Positions 29,910-40,127 of a DNA stretch of 61,972 bases are shown here, piece after piece. Positions within the stretch are counted from its first letter, which is position 1. Every line of letters begins with the position of its first letter. The position numbers and the translations under genes were made by a program. A model generated the notes under the pieces. It was not told the DNA's origin. It saw only the letters and a program-made list of their open reading frames with translations, and did not search any database. The stretch lies in the NCBI GenBank assembly GCA_964344605.1, contig CAYFNR010000004.1, positions 1 through 61,972 of the forward strand, in the 5' to 3' direction. The stretch is from Candidatus Woesearchaeota archaeon (lineage in GTDB: Archaea; Nanobdellota; Nanobdellia; UBA10117; ARS21).

Positions 29910-32900
29910 TTTCTAAACTTGTCCTTAAGTATAAGTTTTGGTTTAATACCCATACTCTTCAGTTCCTCCAAAAATAATTTGAATGCGTAAGATAATTCTA
30001 TCCTATGAACTTTTGCTTTTTCTTCACAGCTTATACATGAAGATTTTCCTTTGAAGTAGTTAAAGGCAGCAATATCTCCACATCTCTCGCAAACATAAAC
30101 TTCAACCCTATCTGAGTCAAATCTTTCTTTCATTAAAAGAGATGCTCCATGTGCAACAAGAGTTTCTTTCTCCATTTCTCCGAAACGTAGACCACCTTCC
30201 ATTGCTTTTCCTGCTGTTGGTTGTCTTGTAAGAAGTGCAACTCTTCCTCTTCCTCTAAACTGTATTTTATCTTTAACTTGATGTTTTAGTCTTAGATAGA
30301 ATATGTTACCAATGAAAATTTTAGCCTCGTAAGCTCTTCCTGTTTTTCCATCATAAAGCGTTTCTGTTCCGTCTTCTTTGAATCCAAGTTTTCCTAGGGT
30401 TTCCCTTAGATCTGTGACTTCCTCTTCTTGGAAAGGTGTACCATCAATAAATCGTCCGTTTAATGCTCCAACTTTTGCACCCAATATCTCTATTAAGTGG
30501 CTAACAGTCATTCGTCTCATTCCAAAAGGTGAGAACATCAAGTCAGGTTGTATTCCTGAAGCAGTAAATGGAACATTCTCTGGTTCCGCAATGTAGCCTA
30601 TTACTCCTTTCTGTCCATTTCTTGCGGCAAGTTTGTCCCCCACTTCTGGAGATCTTGAATCTCTGAAGATTATATTAATCAATGGTGCACCATCGTCACT
30701 TTCTGTGAGATATGAAGTTGATATGTACCCTTCTTCACCATATTTTACTCTAACAGACGTATCTTTTCGAATGTTTGCTGCAACGTTGAAGGACTCAAGT
30801 TTACTTAAGAAACGTGGGGGAGAAGTTTTACCAATTAGAACGTCTCCACCTTTAATCTTAATCTCTGGGAAAACTATACCTTCCTTATCCAGGTTTATGT
30901 AATCTTGCTCTAAAGTGTATCCCTGTACATCTTTGTCTGGTACCAGAATTTCGTCAACTTGTCCTCCAGGATATCTACGTTTTTCAGTAGAGTAAGGCCT
31001 ATAATAAGTAGACCTTCCAAAACCACGATCAATGCTTGCTCTATTTATAACAGCGCCATCGAGCATGTTGTAGCCTTCGTAGTTCAGAATGGCAATTATA
31101 ATATTTTGTCCTCCAACAGAATGGCCCCCAACAATATCGTGCATAAAGCTTCGAACTATTGGAGTTTGAGGGTAATGAAGTATATTTGTGTTTGTATCTA
31201 AACGAGTAAGAAAGTTTGTAGCATAGCAACTAGTACCCTGTTTTTGAGTTTTCTGACCCCTTAACAAACGAGAGCTTTGATTGAAATTTGAGTAAGGAAC
31301 CAAAGAAGTATTAATTCCAAAGATAGTTATAGGATTTATCTCGACGTGAGTATGTTTTTTTGTTATTTTATCTTCAGAAAGAGCAACTAGAGCTCCTTCT
31401 TCTTCTAAAGCATCAATTTCCTCTATTATACTTTGCTCAATAAGCTGGCTCCATGTTATCTCTCCTTTCTCGATTTTTTTCTTAATAGAATCAGTAAGTT
31501 CAGATTTTCCATTCTTAACTATAATCAAAGGTCTTCGTACCCTGTTTTTATCCAGAGTTAAATAAACAGTATTTTCAGCTATATCAAAGGAAACGTTAAG
31601 AAGACGAGAAATCTTGCCCAAACGCCGGGCGGAAACAACAGAAGAAACAAATTTTTGGGAGTCGGAAACGGAGCCAATCAGCACACCATCAAAAATCACA
31701 TCAATGCTGTTAGGTTTGGCGTCTTTTATGTCCAAAGTTTTAATTGCTTTGATTGCTTTCTCTCTTTCTACTTCATCCACTTCTGTTGTAATACTAGCCA
31801 TAAGCGACAAAGTCTTTCTTAATCCTATATTCTTTCCTTCTGGAGATTCTATTGGACATAATCTTCCCCAGTGAGTAGGATGTAACTGTCTGGCGGCAAA
31901 ACTTTCACGGGTTGACGCAAGTAATGATGTTACATTTCTAAGTTGAGAAAGAGCAGCAATTGGATTGTCTCTCTCTAATCTTTGACTCACACCTTGCCTA
32001 TTTGCAGACCATTTTCCTGTGGCCATTGCACTGTTCAATCTAGCACTGATAAAATTAGTTCTTACGAGGGCAGTGAGAGGAGTAATTCTTCCTCTTCTAA
32101 CACCTCTTTGAAAGATGTATAAGATATCATTAATCAAAGCCTTGAAGACTGTCCTCCACAAATCTTCCAACATATTTCCAGAAAGCCTTACTCTTTTGTT
32201 TGCGTAATGATCCTTGTCATCCTCTTCGATTAGTTTATTACGTAAAAGGAAAAGCTTCTTTGTCATCCTACCTATGAGCTGAGCTTTTTCAAGTCTATGT
32301 GCCTTTCCTTTTCCAATGTGAGGAAGTAATAAATCATCAAGTATGTGATTTATTCTTTCAATTTTTCTTTCCTTTGTTATTCCCATATGCAAGGATTTTG
32401 CAAGGAACTCCTGGGCTTCGGACTGTTTGGTTATGTCTCTAAATTCATACAAATTTATGTAAAGGTCCTCGTCAACTCCACTTACTGGGGCTGGCCAATT
32501 CTCTGTTATACCTATTGCATCAACTATCTCTTTGTCATTTAGACCAAGTGCTTTTAGTACAACAACAAGAGGAACCCTTGTAAAGCTACTAAAACTTAAA
32601 AGGAAAAGTCCGTCTTTAGAACGCTCAACTGTATGAGGTATCTTATAGCTTTCACTTGAAGAAAATATTCTGGAACTGTGAGTAACAACTCCAATCTTCT
32701 CTTTTTTTACAAAGATTCTGTTTGGAGCTAAATCTTCCAAAAGTGTTAAGGCACGTTCTGTACCATTAATGATAAAATAACCACCAGGATCTGTTGGATC
32801 TTCTCCAGCTTCTATGAGGCCTTTTGCGTCTAATCCATTGAGTCTACAAATATCGGATTTAAGCATTACGGGAATGTTTGCAACAGGAACTTCTGCCCTA

Positions 32901-33241
32901 TCTCTTTCCTTTCCATCTATTTCTAAACTAATTTCCAAAACTATTGGAGCGGAATAAGTGAGCTTTCTAAGTCTTGCTTCGGACGGGAAAAGAGGCCTTT
33001 CAGAACCATCGGCTTCTATGATTACAGGGTCTTTAACAATAACATCTCCAAAGACAAACTTAACTTCCTCAACATTTGGAGGGATAACAGCTGGAACTGC
33101 AGAATCTTTGGATTCTTCAATTATTTTTGCTATTTTATCTTTTATAAAACTGTTATAAGATTGTATATTACTTTGAATAAATTTATTCTCCTCAAAGAAT
33201 TTCTTTATGATTGTTCTGTTCTCAAAGGAGGTCTTGGCCAT
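29906..33241 (-). CDS. rpoB: RNA polymerase subunit B (unsplit)
   Basis: GYFIING, GDKLAARNGQKG, GGLRFGEME. Confidence 0.97.
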   Translation of the reverse strand: MAKTSFENRTIIKKFFEENKFIQSNIQSYNSFIKDKIAKIIEESKDSAVPAVIPPNVEEVKFVFGDVIVKDPVIIEADGSERPLFPSEARLRKLTYSAPIVLEISLEIDGKERDRAEVPVANIPVMLKSDICRLNGLDAKGLIEAGEDPTDPGGYFIINGTERALTLLEDLAPNRIFVKKEKIGVVTHSSRIFSSSESYKIPHTVERSKDGLFLLSFSSFTRVPLVVVLKALGLNDKEIVDAIGITENWPAPVSGVDEDLYINLYEFRDITKQSEAQEFLAKSLHMGITKERKIERINHILDDLLLPHIGKGKAHRLEKAQLIGRMTKKLFLLRNKLIEEDDKDHYANKRVRLSGNMLEDLWRTVFKALINDILYIFQRGVRRGRITPLTALVRTNFISARLNSAMATGKWSANRQGVSQRLERDNPIAALSQLRNVTSLLASTRESFAARQLHPTHWGRLCPIESPEGKNIGLRKTLSLMASITTEVDEVEREKAIKAIKTLDIKDAKPNSIDVIFDGVLIGSVSDSQKFVSSVVSARRLGKISRLLNVSFDIAENTVYLTLDKNRVRRPLIIVKNGKSELTDSIKKKIEKGEITWSQLIEQSIIEEIDALEEEGALVALSEDKITKKHTHVEINPITIFGINTSLVPYSNFNQSSRLLRGQKTQKQGTSCYATNFLTRLDTNTNILHYPQTPIVRSFMHDIVGGHSVGGQNIIIAILNYEGYNMLDGAVINRASIDRGFGRSTYYRPYSTEKRRYPGGQVDEILVPDKDVQGYTLEQDYINLDKEGIVFPEIKIKGGDVLIGKTSPPRFLSKLESFNVAANIRKDTSVRVKYGEEGYISTSYLTESDDGAPLINIIFRDSRSPEVGDKLAARNGQKGVIGYIAEPENVPFTASGIQPDLMFSPFGMRRMTVSHLIEILGAKVGALNGRFIDGTPFQEEEVTDLRETLGKLGFKEDGTETLYDGKTGRAYEAKIFIGNIFYLRLKHQVKDKIQFRGRGRVALLTRQPTAGKAMEGGLRFGEMEKETLVAHGASLLMKERFDSDRVEVYVCERCGDIAAFNYFKGKSSCISCEEKAKVHRIELSYAFKLFLEELKSMGIKPKLILKDKFRK

Positions 33242-33495
33242 TATTGTACAACCCTCCTATAATATTTTTCTTTTCCGGAGGCTCCTTGACGAATTATTTC
33301 AAGAATATCATCTTGCTTTGCTTTGATAGCAATAACAACTGGGTCTTTTTGGCTTATTTCAGGTAGCTGTATTTTAGAAATATTATAATTATCTAAAATT
33401 TCTTTTACTTCCTTCTCCGATAAAATTCGGTGTTTCGGAACCAAAGTATGATTTAAGATATTGATTTTCTGTGCCAAGTGTGCCTTAACCCCCAA
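33241..33495 (-). CDS. rpoH: RNA polymerase subunit H (start may be TTG 33477)
   Basis: HTLVPKH, QLPEISQKDP, YYRRV. Confidence 0.95.
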   Translation of the reverse strand: MGVKAHLAQKINILNHTLVPKHRILSEKEVKEILDNYNISKIQLPEISQKDPVVIAIKAKQDDILEIIRQGASGKEKYYRRVVQ

Positions 33496-33769
33496 TATGA
33501 ATGAGCTAAGGGTATTTATTGGTAACTCTTAAAAATGTTTCGCCAAACCCCGCTCCAGTCAATATGGTGTGATTTAGTTTTACTTGCTCTTTATAAATCT
33601 TTCTTAGAGACAAATAAAGATAGCAAAAGATAAGGAAAACATATATTCTTTCAAAAGTTCAATTATGATATGTCCGATAGTAGTGGTTCTCTGTACGAAA
33701 GTCTAAAATGTGTAGAAGGACTGAAAAAATTCTATAAACCAAAGACGGCACTAGAAAAGAAGTTTAAAT

Positions 33770-34717
33770 CTATTCTTCCTCATCACGTTTACCATAAATT
33801 TCACTTGTAATATCTATTATGGTACCGTGATCTATATTTATACTTGCAACAAGTCCCGAATCGTTTGTGAAAGTTGCGTAATCAATTGGATTGCCAAAGA
33901 AGTCCGTCATAGTCCCCCCAACTTCATCAAGTATGACTGAGACAGGTACGACATCCCATAAGCCGCTTTTTCCAGACGGTGGGAAAAGTGCTAAGTTGGC
34001 AGTGCCTTTCGCGAGCTCGACTACTTTAAACATGCCACCTAGTTGTCTTCTGCTACGGAGTGAAGGTAGTCTGTCTATTACTCTTCCAAGATCTGGTCCT
34101 GTTTCAAACGGACTAGTTACAACATGAATACCGTCCAGTTTCTCAGGTGTGAGAAATTCATCCGAATTATAGAAGAGCACTTCTGTTCCATCTCTGAATA
34201 GAGTGTATCCACCATGTTTAATGTAGGCTCCTCGTCCCCTTACTGCATGAACTATTTCAATAGGAGAGTCATTAGATGTTACTCCTAGGATGGGTTGGTA
34301 TTCTTCATTTACTCTTTGTAACAATCCAATTAGTGGTCCAAAATAACCATCTCCATTAATGAATCCTTTTGTGTTATCAATAGGATCGGAGGTCCAGCAA
34401 TACTCAACTTCAGACAGATAATCTCCCACTACTCTAGGCACATCTAATGTCCTACTTCCATCTGCCATGGCTTTCATAATTTCATCCGCTACTTTTTCTT
34501 CATCAAGTAAACCATAGTTAGAAGTCTCATCAGGTAACTTACTCATAATGTCTGAGGATATTATTCTCTCAAATGTTGTTACTTCAGATCCATCAAGCTT
34601 TTTCTGTGTGCCAAGAACCAATTTGCCCCACCACCTACGTACTAAAGTAGTGGCTTCTATAGCTGTGTCTATAGCAGAGTCTAATTTAGCCAGTAAATAA
34701 GGATATTCTTCATCCAT
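33770..34717 (-). CDS. inositol monophosphatase/CysQ-family phosphatase (divergent)
   Basis: LDEE, WTSDPIDNTKGF (DPIDGT variant), WDVVP. Confidence 0.8.
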   Translation of the reverse strand: MDEEYPYLLAKLDSAIDTAIEATTLVRRWWGKLVLGTQKKLDGSEVTTFERIISSDIMSKLPDETSNYGLLDEEKVADEIMKAMADGSRTLDVPRVVGDYLSEVEYCWTSDPIDNTKGFINGDGYFGPLIGLLQRVNEEYQPILGVTSNDSPIEIVHAVRGRGAYIKHGGYTLFRDGTEVLFYNSDEFLTPEKLDGIHVVTSPFETGPDLGRVIDRLPSLRSRRQLGGMFKVVELAKGTANLALFPPSGKSGLWDVVPVSVILDEVGGTMTDFFGNPIDYATFTNDSGLVASINIDHGTIIDITSEIYGKRDEEE

Positions 34718-34856
34718 AAAAGGTTTAGGAGCTAAAAAGTTAAAATACTACTTATCAAAATGTATTTTATTGAGTTCTTCTCTTATTATTGCACGCCAGC
34801 AAATACCTGTCCAAAGGAAAGAGTAAAGGTTAAATAATTTCCTCCAAATACCAGTT

Positions 34857-35384
34857 ATGGAAAATCAAAACACAATCTCATTAGGGCAAAAGGCACCAGA
34901 TTTTGAAGCAGATGTTTATGAAAACGGCGAATTCAAAAAATTCAAATTCTCAAATAATAATGGAAAGTGGACCGTTCTGTTTTTTTATCCACTAGATTTC
35001 ACATTTATATGTCCGACAGAGATAAGAGCCTTCGCTAAAAGCGAAAGCAAATTTAATGAACTTGGAGCTCAAGTAATTGGAGCAAGCACAGATTCAGTAC
35101 ATTCACACAAAGCATGGTTTCAGAAAGATTTGCCTGACGTAAAATTTCCGATTATTGCAGATACAACTCATGAAGTTTCAAAATTATTCGGAGTTCTAAA
35201 AGAGGATGAAGGAATTGCATATCGAGGAACATTCATACTAGACCCAGAAGGAGTGCTAAGATATTCTGTAATCTCGGACTTAGATGTCGGGCGCTCGGTT
35301 GAAGAAACAATAAGAGTTTTGGAATCGCTAAAAAACGGAGGACTTTGTCCTGTTGAATGGAAACCAGGAGAAAAAACACTTTAG
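34857..35384 (+). CDS. ahpC: 2-Cys peroxiredoxin
   Basis: FYPLDFTFICPTE, LCPVEW. Confidence 0.95.
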   Translation: MENQNTISLGQKAPDFEADVYENGEFKKFKFSNNNGKWTVLFFYPLDFTFICPTEIRAFAKSESKFNELGAQVIGASTDSVHSHKAWFQKDLPDVKFPIIADTTHEVSKLFGVLKEDEGIAYRGTFILDPEGVLRYSVISDLDVGRSVEETIRVLESLKNGGLCPVEWKPGEKTL

Positions 35385-35669
35385 GATTTCTTCTTTCCAT
35401 TCCTGTTTACACCATTCCAATTCTGAGCTTCCATATCTCCAAACCAAATTAAAAATTCATGAACTCGAAGTCTTTCAGAAGTAAATCTCTTAGAAGTTCC
35501 AAAAAGGTTGATATCTAAAATATATAACATTACTAATAAAGAACAAGAGACTGAGATTTTTGAGGAAAAGGAAATAGCGTCCGTACTTAACGATATCAAT
35601 AAAGCAATGAGATTAGAAATTCATGATATGGAAGGAGGATCACAAGAGGTCATTCAAAAACCTTTCGTA

Positions 35670-36329
35670 TTAGTGCTTAACAAAAGCACAGATTTTACAA
35701 CCTTTCTTTTTGTATTTACAGTCCCTACCATGGTCTATAATTTTGTACGTTACTGGGAACCACTCTTTTTTAGGCAGTTGTTTCATTAAATCTTTCTCAA
35801 TTTTGTTTGGATTTTTCTCATCAGATAAACCTGTTTTGTATGAGAATTTTTTCACGTGAGTATCTACCGCAATACCTTCTACTTTTCCAAATGAGTTTCC
35901 TAAAACAATATTTGCAGTCTTTCTAGCAACCCCTGGCAGAGATATTAGATCTTCCATCTTATTTGGGACTTTCCCATTGTATTTTTCAAGAATTATATTG
36001 GCTGTAGCTTTGATATTCTTTGCCTTGTTTCTATAAAAACCAGTAGATCTTACGTCTTGCTCTAGTTCATGAATATCGGCATTTGCGTAATCTTCAACAG
36101 TTTTATACTTCTTAAACAATTTCTCAGTGACTTTGTTTACCATTTTATCTGTGCACTGAGCCGAAAGAATTGTGGATACAAGCATTTCCATTGGGTTTGA
36201 AAATCCCAAGGCACACTTTGCTTTGGGATATTCTCTCTCTAAGGTATCTAAAATATCTTTAACTCTCTTCTCCATATAAGACAGAAGGTAGTCTTGTATT
36301 AAAAAATTACTATTCGTTTCTGGAACCAA
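35670..36329 (-). CDS. nth: endonuclease III
   Basis: ILSAQCTD, LPGVARKTAN (HhH), AVDTHV. Confidence 0.93.
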   Translation of the reverse strand: MVPETNSNFLIQDYLLSYMEKRVKDILDTLEREYPKAKCALGFSNPMEMLVSTILSAQCTDKMVNKVTEKLFKKYKTVEDYANADIHELEQDVRSTGFYRNKAKNIKATANIILEKYNGKVPNKMEDLISLPGVARKTANIVLGNSFGKVEGIAVDTHVKKFSYKTGLSDEKNPNKIEKDLMKQLPKKEWFPVTYKIIDHGRDCKYKKKGCKICAFVKH

Positions 36330-36363
36330 ATCTTTTTATATTTTCATAGAATCACAAAGGATT

Positions 36364-36759
36364 ATGGCAATAAGATTGGAAGAGAGTGGAGGCAGTCCAG
36401 TTTATGGGGATAACAAACTTGTCCTTTCTTACAGAGTAGTTAGGAGTGGAGATAGCTTAATTAAAATAGAAATGCTTGGCACTTCAGGGAAGTACTCTTT
36501 TAGTAATAATTTGGAATTACAAGAAGGGAATTTTGATGTTAATTTTGAACTAGATAAATATGGTTTAAGGGCAGAGATAGATGGAGAAATTTTAAGATAT
36601 ATTGGGGGTAGAAACTTGTCTAGGTTGGTTAAAAATATTGGTTCAGAGAATCTTAATAGACTAGAAAGGAATTTAACTACTGGATTACAGGAAAGGCTGA
36701 ATATAGAAGAGACTGAGCAAGAAAGTCCTACTCTAAACCCCACGCTTAAGGATTTCTAA
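36364..36759 (+). CDS. hypothetical protein, 131 aa
   Basis: ATG ORF with coding-like composition. Confidence 0.65.
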   Translation: MAIRLEESGGSPVYGDNKLVLSYRVVRSGDSLIKIEMLGTSGKYSFSNNLELQEGNFDVNFELDKYGLRAEIDGEILRYIGGRNLSRLVKNIGSENLNRLERNLTTGLQERLNIEETEQESPTLNPTLKDF

Positions 36760-36788
36760 AAGTAAGTGTTTTATTCTAGAGTGCTTAT

Positions 36789-37004
36789 ATGGATGTAATT
36801 ATAAGTAACATGATAAAACGTGATATTGCTCATCCTTTGATTGTAGGTCTAATCCTCGGATTTTTGATATTGATAATTATAACTTTTGCCCTATTCAGAT
36901 CTATTGATTACTTTGGACAAAGAGGATTAATATACTGGTTTGTCTTTCTTTTCATAATTTGGAGAATATCCAAAGCGATGGGAAAAAGAAGCATGAATAA
37001 ATAA
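36789..37004 (+). CDS. small 2-TM membrane protein
   Basis: Two hydrophobic helices. Confidence 0.65.
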   Translation: MDVIISNMIKRDIAHPLIVGLILGFLILIIITFALFRSIDYFGQRGLIYWFVFLFIIWRISKAMGKRSMNK

Positions 37005-37007
37005 GTA

Positions 37008-37081
37008 CGCCCGCGCCGTGATTCGAACACGGGTCACGAGCTCGACAAGCTCGTATGATAACCAGGCTACACCACACGGGC
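37008..37081 (-). tRNA. tRNA-Asp(GTC)
   Basis: Cloverleaf with anticodon arm CGAGC-TTGTCGA-GCTCG and TTCGAAT T-loop. Confidence 0.95.
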
Positions 37082-37106
37082 ACGAAATGTTATGGTTTTA
37101 ATGGAT

Positions 37107-37556
37107 TTAAAAGCTTTTTGACTCCGCTAAATCCAAAAGTTCAAGAGCAACCATTTTAACGTCATCAAGTAATTCTCCATCGTTCTCTAAGTCCTCACGA
37201 TAAAACCATTTCATCTCATCAGCCCCACCATCAGGAATATTCAACTCATCAGTCTCAGACTTTGCAAAATAAACCATGTCAATGTGCTGATGAAACTCGT
37301 TAATATTATGTAACATTATATGAAAAGGTCCTATTAATTCCTCACCGTTGCTACACTTCAAAAGAGGTTTTGGAATTATTAATTCCACATCCAAACCAGT
37401 TTCTTCTTTTACTTCTCGTACTGCAGCATCTGGAGGTAACTCATCACGATCTATATGTCTACCAACTGGAATCCATATTCTTAGCTTTTTATGAAAATGT
37501 AACAGAACATGATTATTAAATAAAACATAAGTTGTAGCAGTGAAATGTCGGGTAAC
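37107..37556 (-). pseudogene. Nudix hydrolase with no canonical start codon (possible GTT start or pseudogene)
   Basis: Frame open from 37556: VTRHFTATTYV...WIPVGRHIDRDELPPDAAVREVKEETGLDVEL; an in-frame TAA lies immediately upstream. Confidence 0.7.
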
Positions 37557-37765
37557 TTATACCCTTAATCAGGTTTCTGTCTTAAATTTAAAACATTTTG
37601 TAATGTTAAGGGAATATGAGAAAGCGAGCCAGAACAAAGTCCTAAGCTCACCTTCTCGAAGTTGTCCACGAGGGAGGTCAAGCTTACGCTCAACCAGAAT
37701 GTTGTTACAACTAAGTAGTTTTAAATATTTCTTTGGTTAAAACATTAGTTTCTGTCTGCCAAAAT

Positions 37766-38002
37766 TTATTTTATAATATCGCTTAATTCTTTTTGCTGAT
37801 TTTTACGCGATTCGGCGGTAGACATTTTATAAAATGCTCCAAAATAAACTGCACCTATTCCTAAACCTATAACTGGATCTCCATATTCATATATAGGTAA
37901 TCCAACGGCTAGCGCTGGCAAACTGCTCAAAGCCATTTGAACTGGATGTTTAGCAAAATCTTCAAGTATTTCTTTACCGTTGTCATACAATGAACTTGAC
38001 AT
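37766..38002 (-). CDS. small membrane protein, 78 aa
   Basis: Two hydrophobic segments; lies downstream of tRNA-Tyr. Confidence 0.6.
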   Translation of the reverse strand: MSSSLYDNGKEILEDFAKHPVQMALSSLPALAVGLPIYEYGDPVIGLGIGAVYFGAFYKMSTAESRKNQQKELSDIIK

Positions 38003-38049
38003 AAGAGAACACTAAAACATAATTAATAAAATAGTTTCTAAAATTAAAG

Positions 38050-38155
38050 TCCCGCCAGCCGGAGTCGAACCAGCAACCTCACGGGGATCGCACGTATGCT
38101 CCTCTCGGAGTAACCCTCTACAACCGTGCGCTCTACCAAATTGAGCTATGGCGGG
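38050..38155 (-). tRNA. tRNA-Tyr(GTA) with 32-nt intron at 37/38 (38086-38117)
   Basis: C1:G72 pair (archaeal Tyr identity); CACGG-TTGTAG|intron|C-CCGTG; TTGT/GCGA central helix. Confidence 0.9.
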
Positions 38156-38209
38156 ATATAAACTTAGCAGATTTAGGGTTTAAAAATGTTTGCTAAGATC
38201 TTAATATAC

Positions 38210-38617
38210 TCAGAATTTTCTTTTACTGTAGTTAGACATACCTAAAATGTACACCGAATGATTTCCCTTGTTATTTTTATACATTGCTCCAATTAAGCGA
38301 TCGCCTGATGGAACATGTGCAACAACTTTTATAGGGGTTGCATTCTCGAGAAGTGACTGTAAATCATCATTCAAACCTGAGACAAGTCGGTCATAATCGG
38401 CTTTAAGTCTAGCGTCGGAAGGCCTTATTGGGACTATTCCATTATGTTTTCCCTTACTTGGACCCCTATATCCATGCCTAATTGCCGCATTTCGAAGCTT
38501 ATGAATTTCATCCATAGGAAATTTTTTCGGAAAAACATCTAGTTCTGCCAGAAATTTTCTGTCAAATATAATCTCATCTAAGATTACTCCACTCCTGTCA
38601 GTTCCAAATGAAGACAT
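38210..38617 (-). CDS. hypothetical protein, 135 aa (weak RelE-like pattern)
   Basis: ATG ORF directly downstream of metG. Confidence 0.65.
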   Translation of the reverse strand: MSSFGTDRSGVILDEIIFDRKFLAELDVFPKKFPMDEIHKLRNAAIRHGYRGPSKGKHNGIVPIRPSDARLKADYDRLVSGLNDDLQSLLENATPIKVVAHVPSGDRLIGAMYKNNKGNHSVYILGMSNYSKRKF

Positions 38618-38633
38618 ACTAAGATTAAGAACT

Positions 38634-40127
38634 TCAGTTTATTAAAAGTTTTGTGAACAAATGCTTGCCTCTTTTCACTTTTGTTCCTGAATTGATCTTG
38701 GGATCTTTTAACTTTGGGACTGACTTCAAACCAAGCTGTTTAGATATTTCTTCGGCTTTGGAAGGAATTATTGGATAAACCAATGTAGATATTACTCTTA
38801 AACTCTCAGCTAAAGTGTAAAGAACGTTGTTTAATTCCTTTCCAGAAAGAGTCCATGGTTTCTTAGTGTCTATATACTGATTAACTCTAGCTATAAACAA
38901 CCAAATAGAGTCCAATCCATGGTGAAATTGAAAGTTTTCAACATATTTATCAAGATCTTTTAGAGTTTTATTTAGTGCTTTTTCTAATCCCGAATCAAAC
39001 TTTCCCACCGGGATTTTACTACCATTTTTTTCAATTAAATTTATAGATCTACTAAGTAAATTACCTAAATTATTAACTAATTCAGCATTGTGTCTAGAAA
39101 CAAGATCTTTTTCTGAATAAGCGCCATCCTGATTAGAAGGGATTGCTCTAAGAAGATAATATCTCAAAGAAGGAGTTCCATACTTCTTAATTTGATCTTG
39201 TGGAGCAATTACATTTCCAAGTGTCTTAGACATCTTTCTACCTTTTGCATCGTTGACCATTCCATGAACTAACAGTTCTTTTGGTGTTTTAATCCCTGTA
39301 GAAAGCAGCATTGCTGGCCAATAAACTGCATGAAATCTAGATATATCTTTGCCAATTAAGTGAACATCAGCTGGCCATAATTTATTGAATTTTTTAGCAT
39401 CTCGCCCGTATCCTATACCCGTTAAATAATTAGATAAAGCATCAGTCCAAACATATATTACTTGATCTTTGTCTCCAGGAACAGGTATTCCCCAAGGCAA
39501 CCGACTTTTAACTCTGGAAAAACTAACATCTTCAACGTCTCCTCGAAGGAAAGATAAGACTTCATTTTTTGCTCTTTTAGGTTGAATCTTATATTTATCT
39601 GACTCAATTAATTTGATTAATTTAGTTTTATACTTTGACAACTTGAAAAAATAATTCTCTTCTTCAATAATTTCTATTTTCTTTCCTGGATGAAATTGGC
39701 ATTCTCCATTTTCTAACTCACTATCTGTTTTGAACATCTCGCAACCCACACAATACTTTGCTTTGTAAGACTTTTTGAACAAATCACCTTTCTTTTCTAA
39801 CAATTTCCATATCTTTTCAACTCCAGGCCAGTGCTCTTTCTTATCTGAAGTTCTTATAAAATTGTCATACTCAATGTTTAGTACTTTATAAAAATCCTTG
39901 AACTTTTTTGTATTAGTATCAGCAAGTTTTTTTGGAGTTAATCCAGCTTTCTGAGCAGTTTGGAATATTTTAATCCCATGCTCGTCAGTTCCAGTCTGGT
40001 AAAAAACATCTTCGCCTTTTTGTTTATGATATCTTGCGATAAAATCAGCTAGTACTTTCTCGTACGCGTGTCCAAGATGTGGTTCTGCATTTGGATAATC
40101 TATTGCTGTAGTTAGGTAAAATTTGAT
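38634..40127 (-). CDS. metG: methionine--tRNA ligase (short, bacterial-type); no ATG at the N-terminus, putative ATC start
   Basis: Frame open from 40133: (I)KFYLTTAIDYPNAEPHLGHAYE, GTDEHG, YVWTDAL, IGKDI, KMSKT. The ORF track missed the first ~108 codons. Confidence 0.92.
   Translation of the reverse strand: MKFYLTTAIDYPNAEPHLGHAYEKVLADFIARYHKQKGEDVFYQTGTDEHGIKIFQTAQKAGLTPKKLADTNTKKFKDFYKVLNIEYDNFIRTSDKKEHWPGVEKIWKLLEKKGDLFKKSYKAKYCVGCEMFKTDSELENGECQFHPGKKIEIIEEENYFFKLSKYKTKLIKLIESDKYKIQPKRAKNEVLSFLRGDVEDVSFSRVKSRLPWGIPVPGDKDQVIYVWTDALSNYLTGIGYGRDAKKFNKLWPADVHLIGKDISRFHAVYWPAMLLSTGIKTPKELLVHGMVNDAKGRKMSKTLGNVIAPQDQIKKYGTPSLRYYLLRAIPSNQDGAYSEKDLVSRHNAELVNNLGNLLSRSINLIEKNGSKIPVGKFDSGLEKALNKTLKDLDKYVENFQFHHGLDSIWLFIARVNQYIDTKKPWTLSGKELNNVLYTLAESLRVISTLVYPIIPSKAEEISKQLGLKSVPKLKDPKINSGTKVKRGKHLFTKLLIN

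Noticed and set aside
33670-33810. 46 aa plus-strand ORF (MSDSSGSLYESLK...) upstream of the rpo operon
   Set aside because: It overlaps the 3' end of the IMPase-like gene and has no motif or SD.
35381-35789. Competing ORFs 35381-35599 (-) and 35508-35789 (+) between ahpC and nth
   Set aside because: Both start at TTG without an SD, one overlaps nth by 120 nt, and neither has a motif; cannot decide whether either is real.
37570-37740. Slightly GC-richer intergenic stretch: possible ncRNA (GAGC-GTAA-GCTT hairpin) or second Nudix remnant (LDLPRGQLREGE)
   Set aside because: Only a 4-bp hairpin, no C/D boxes, no start codon and no REVxEE box; the evidence is too thin for either reading.
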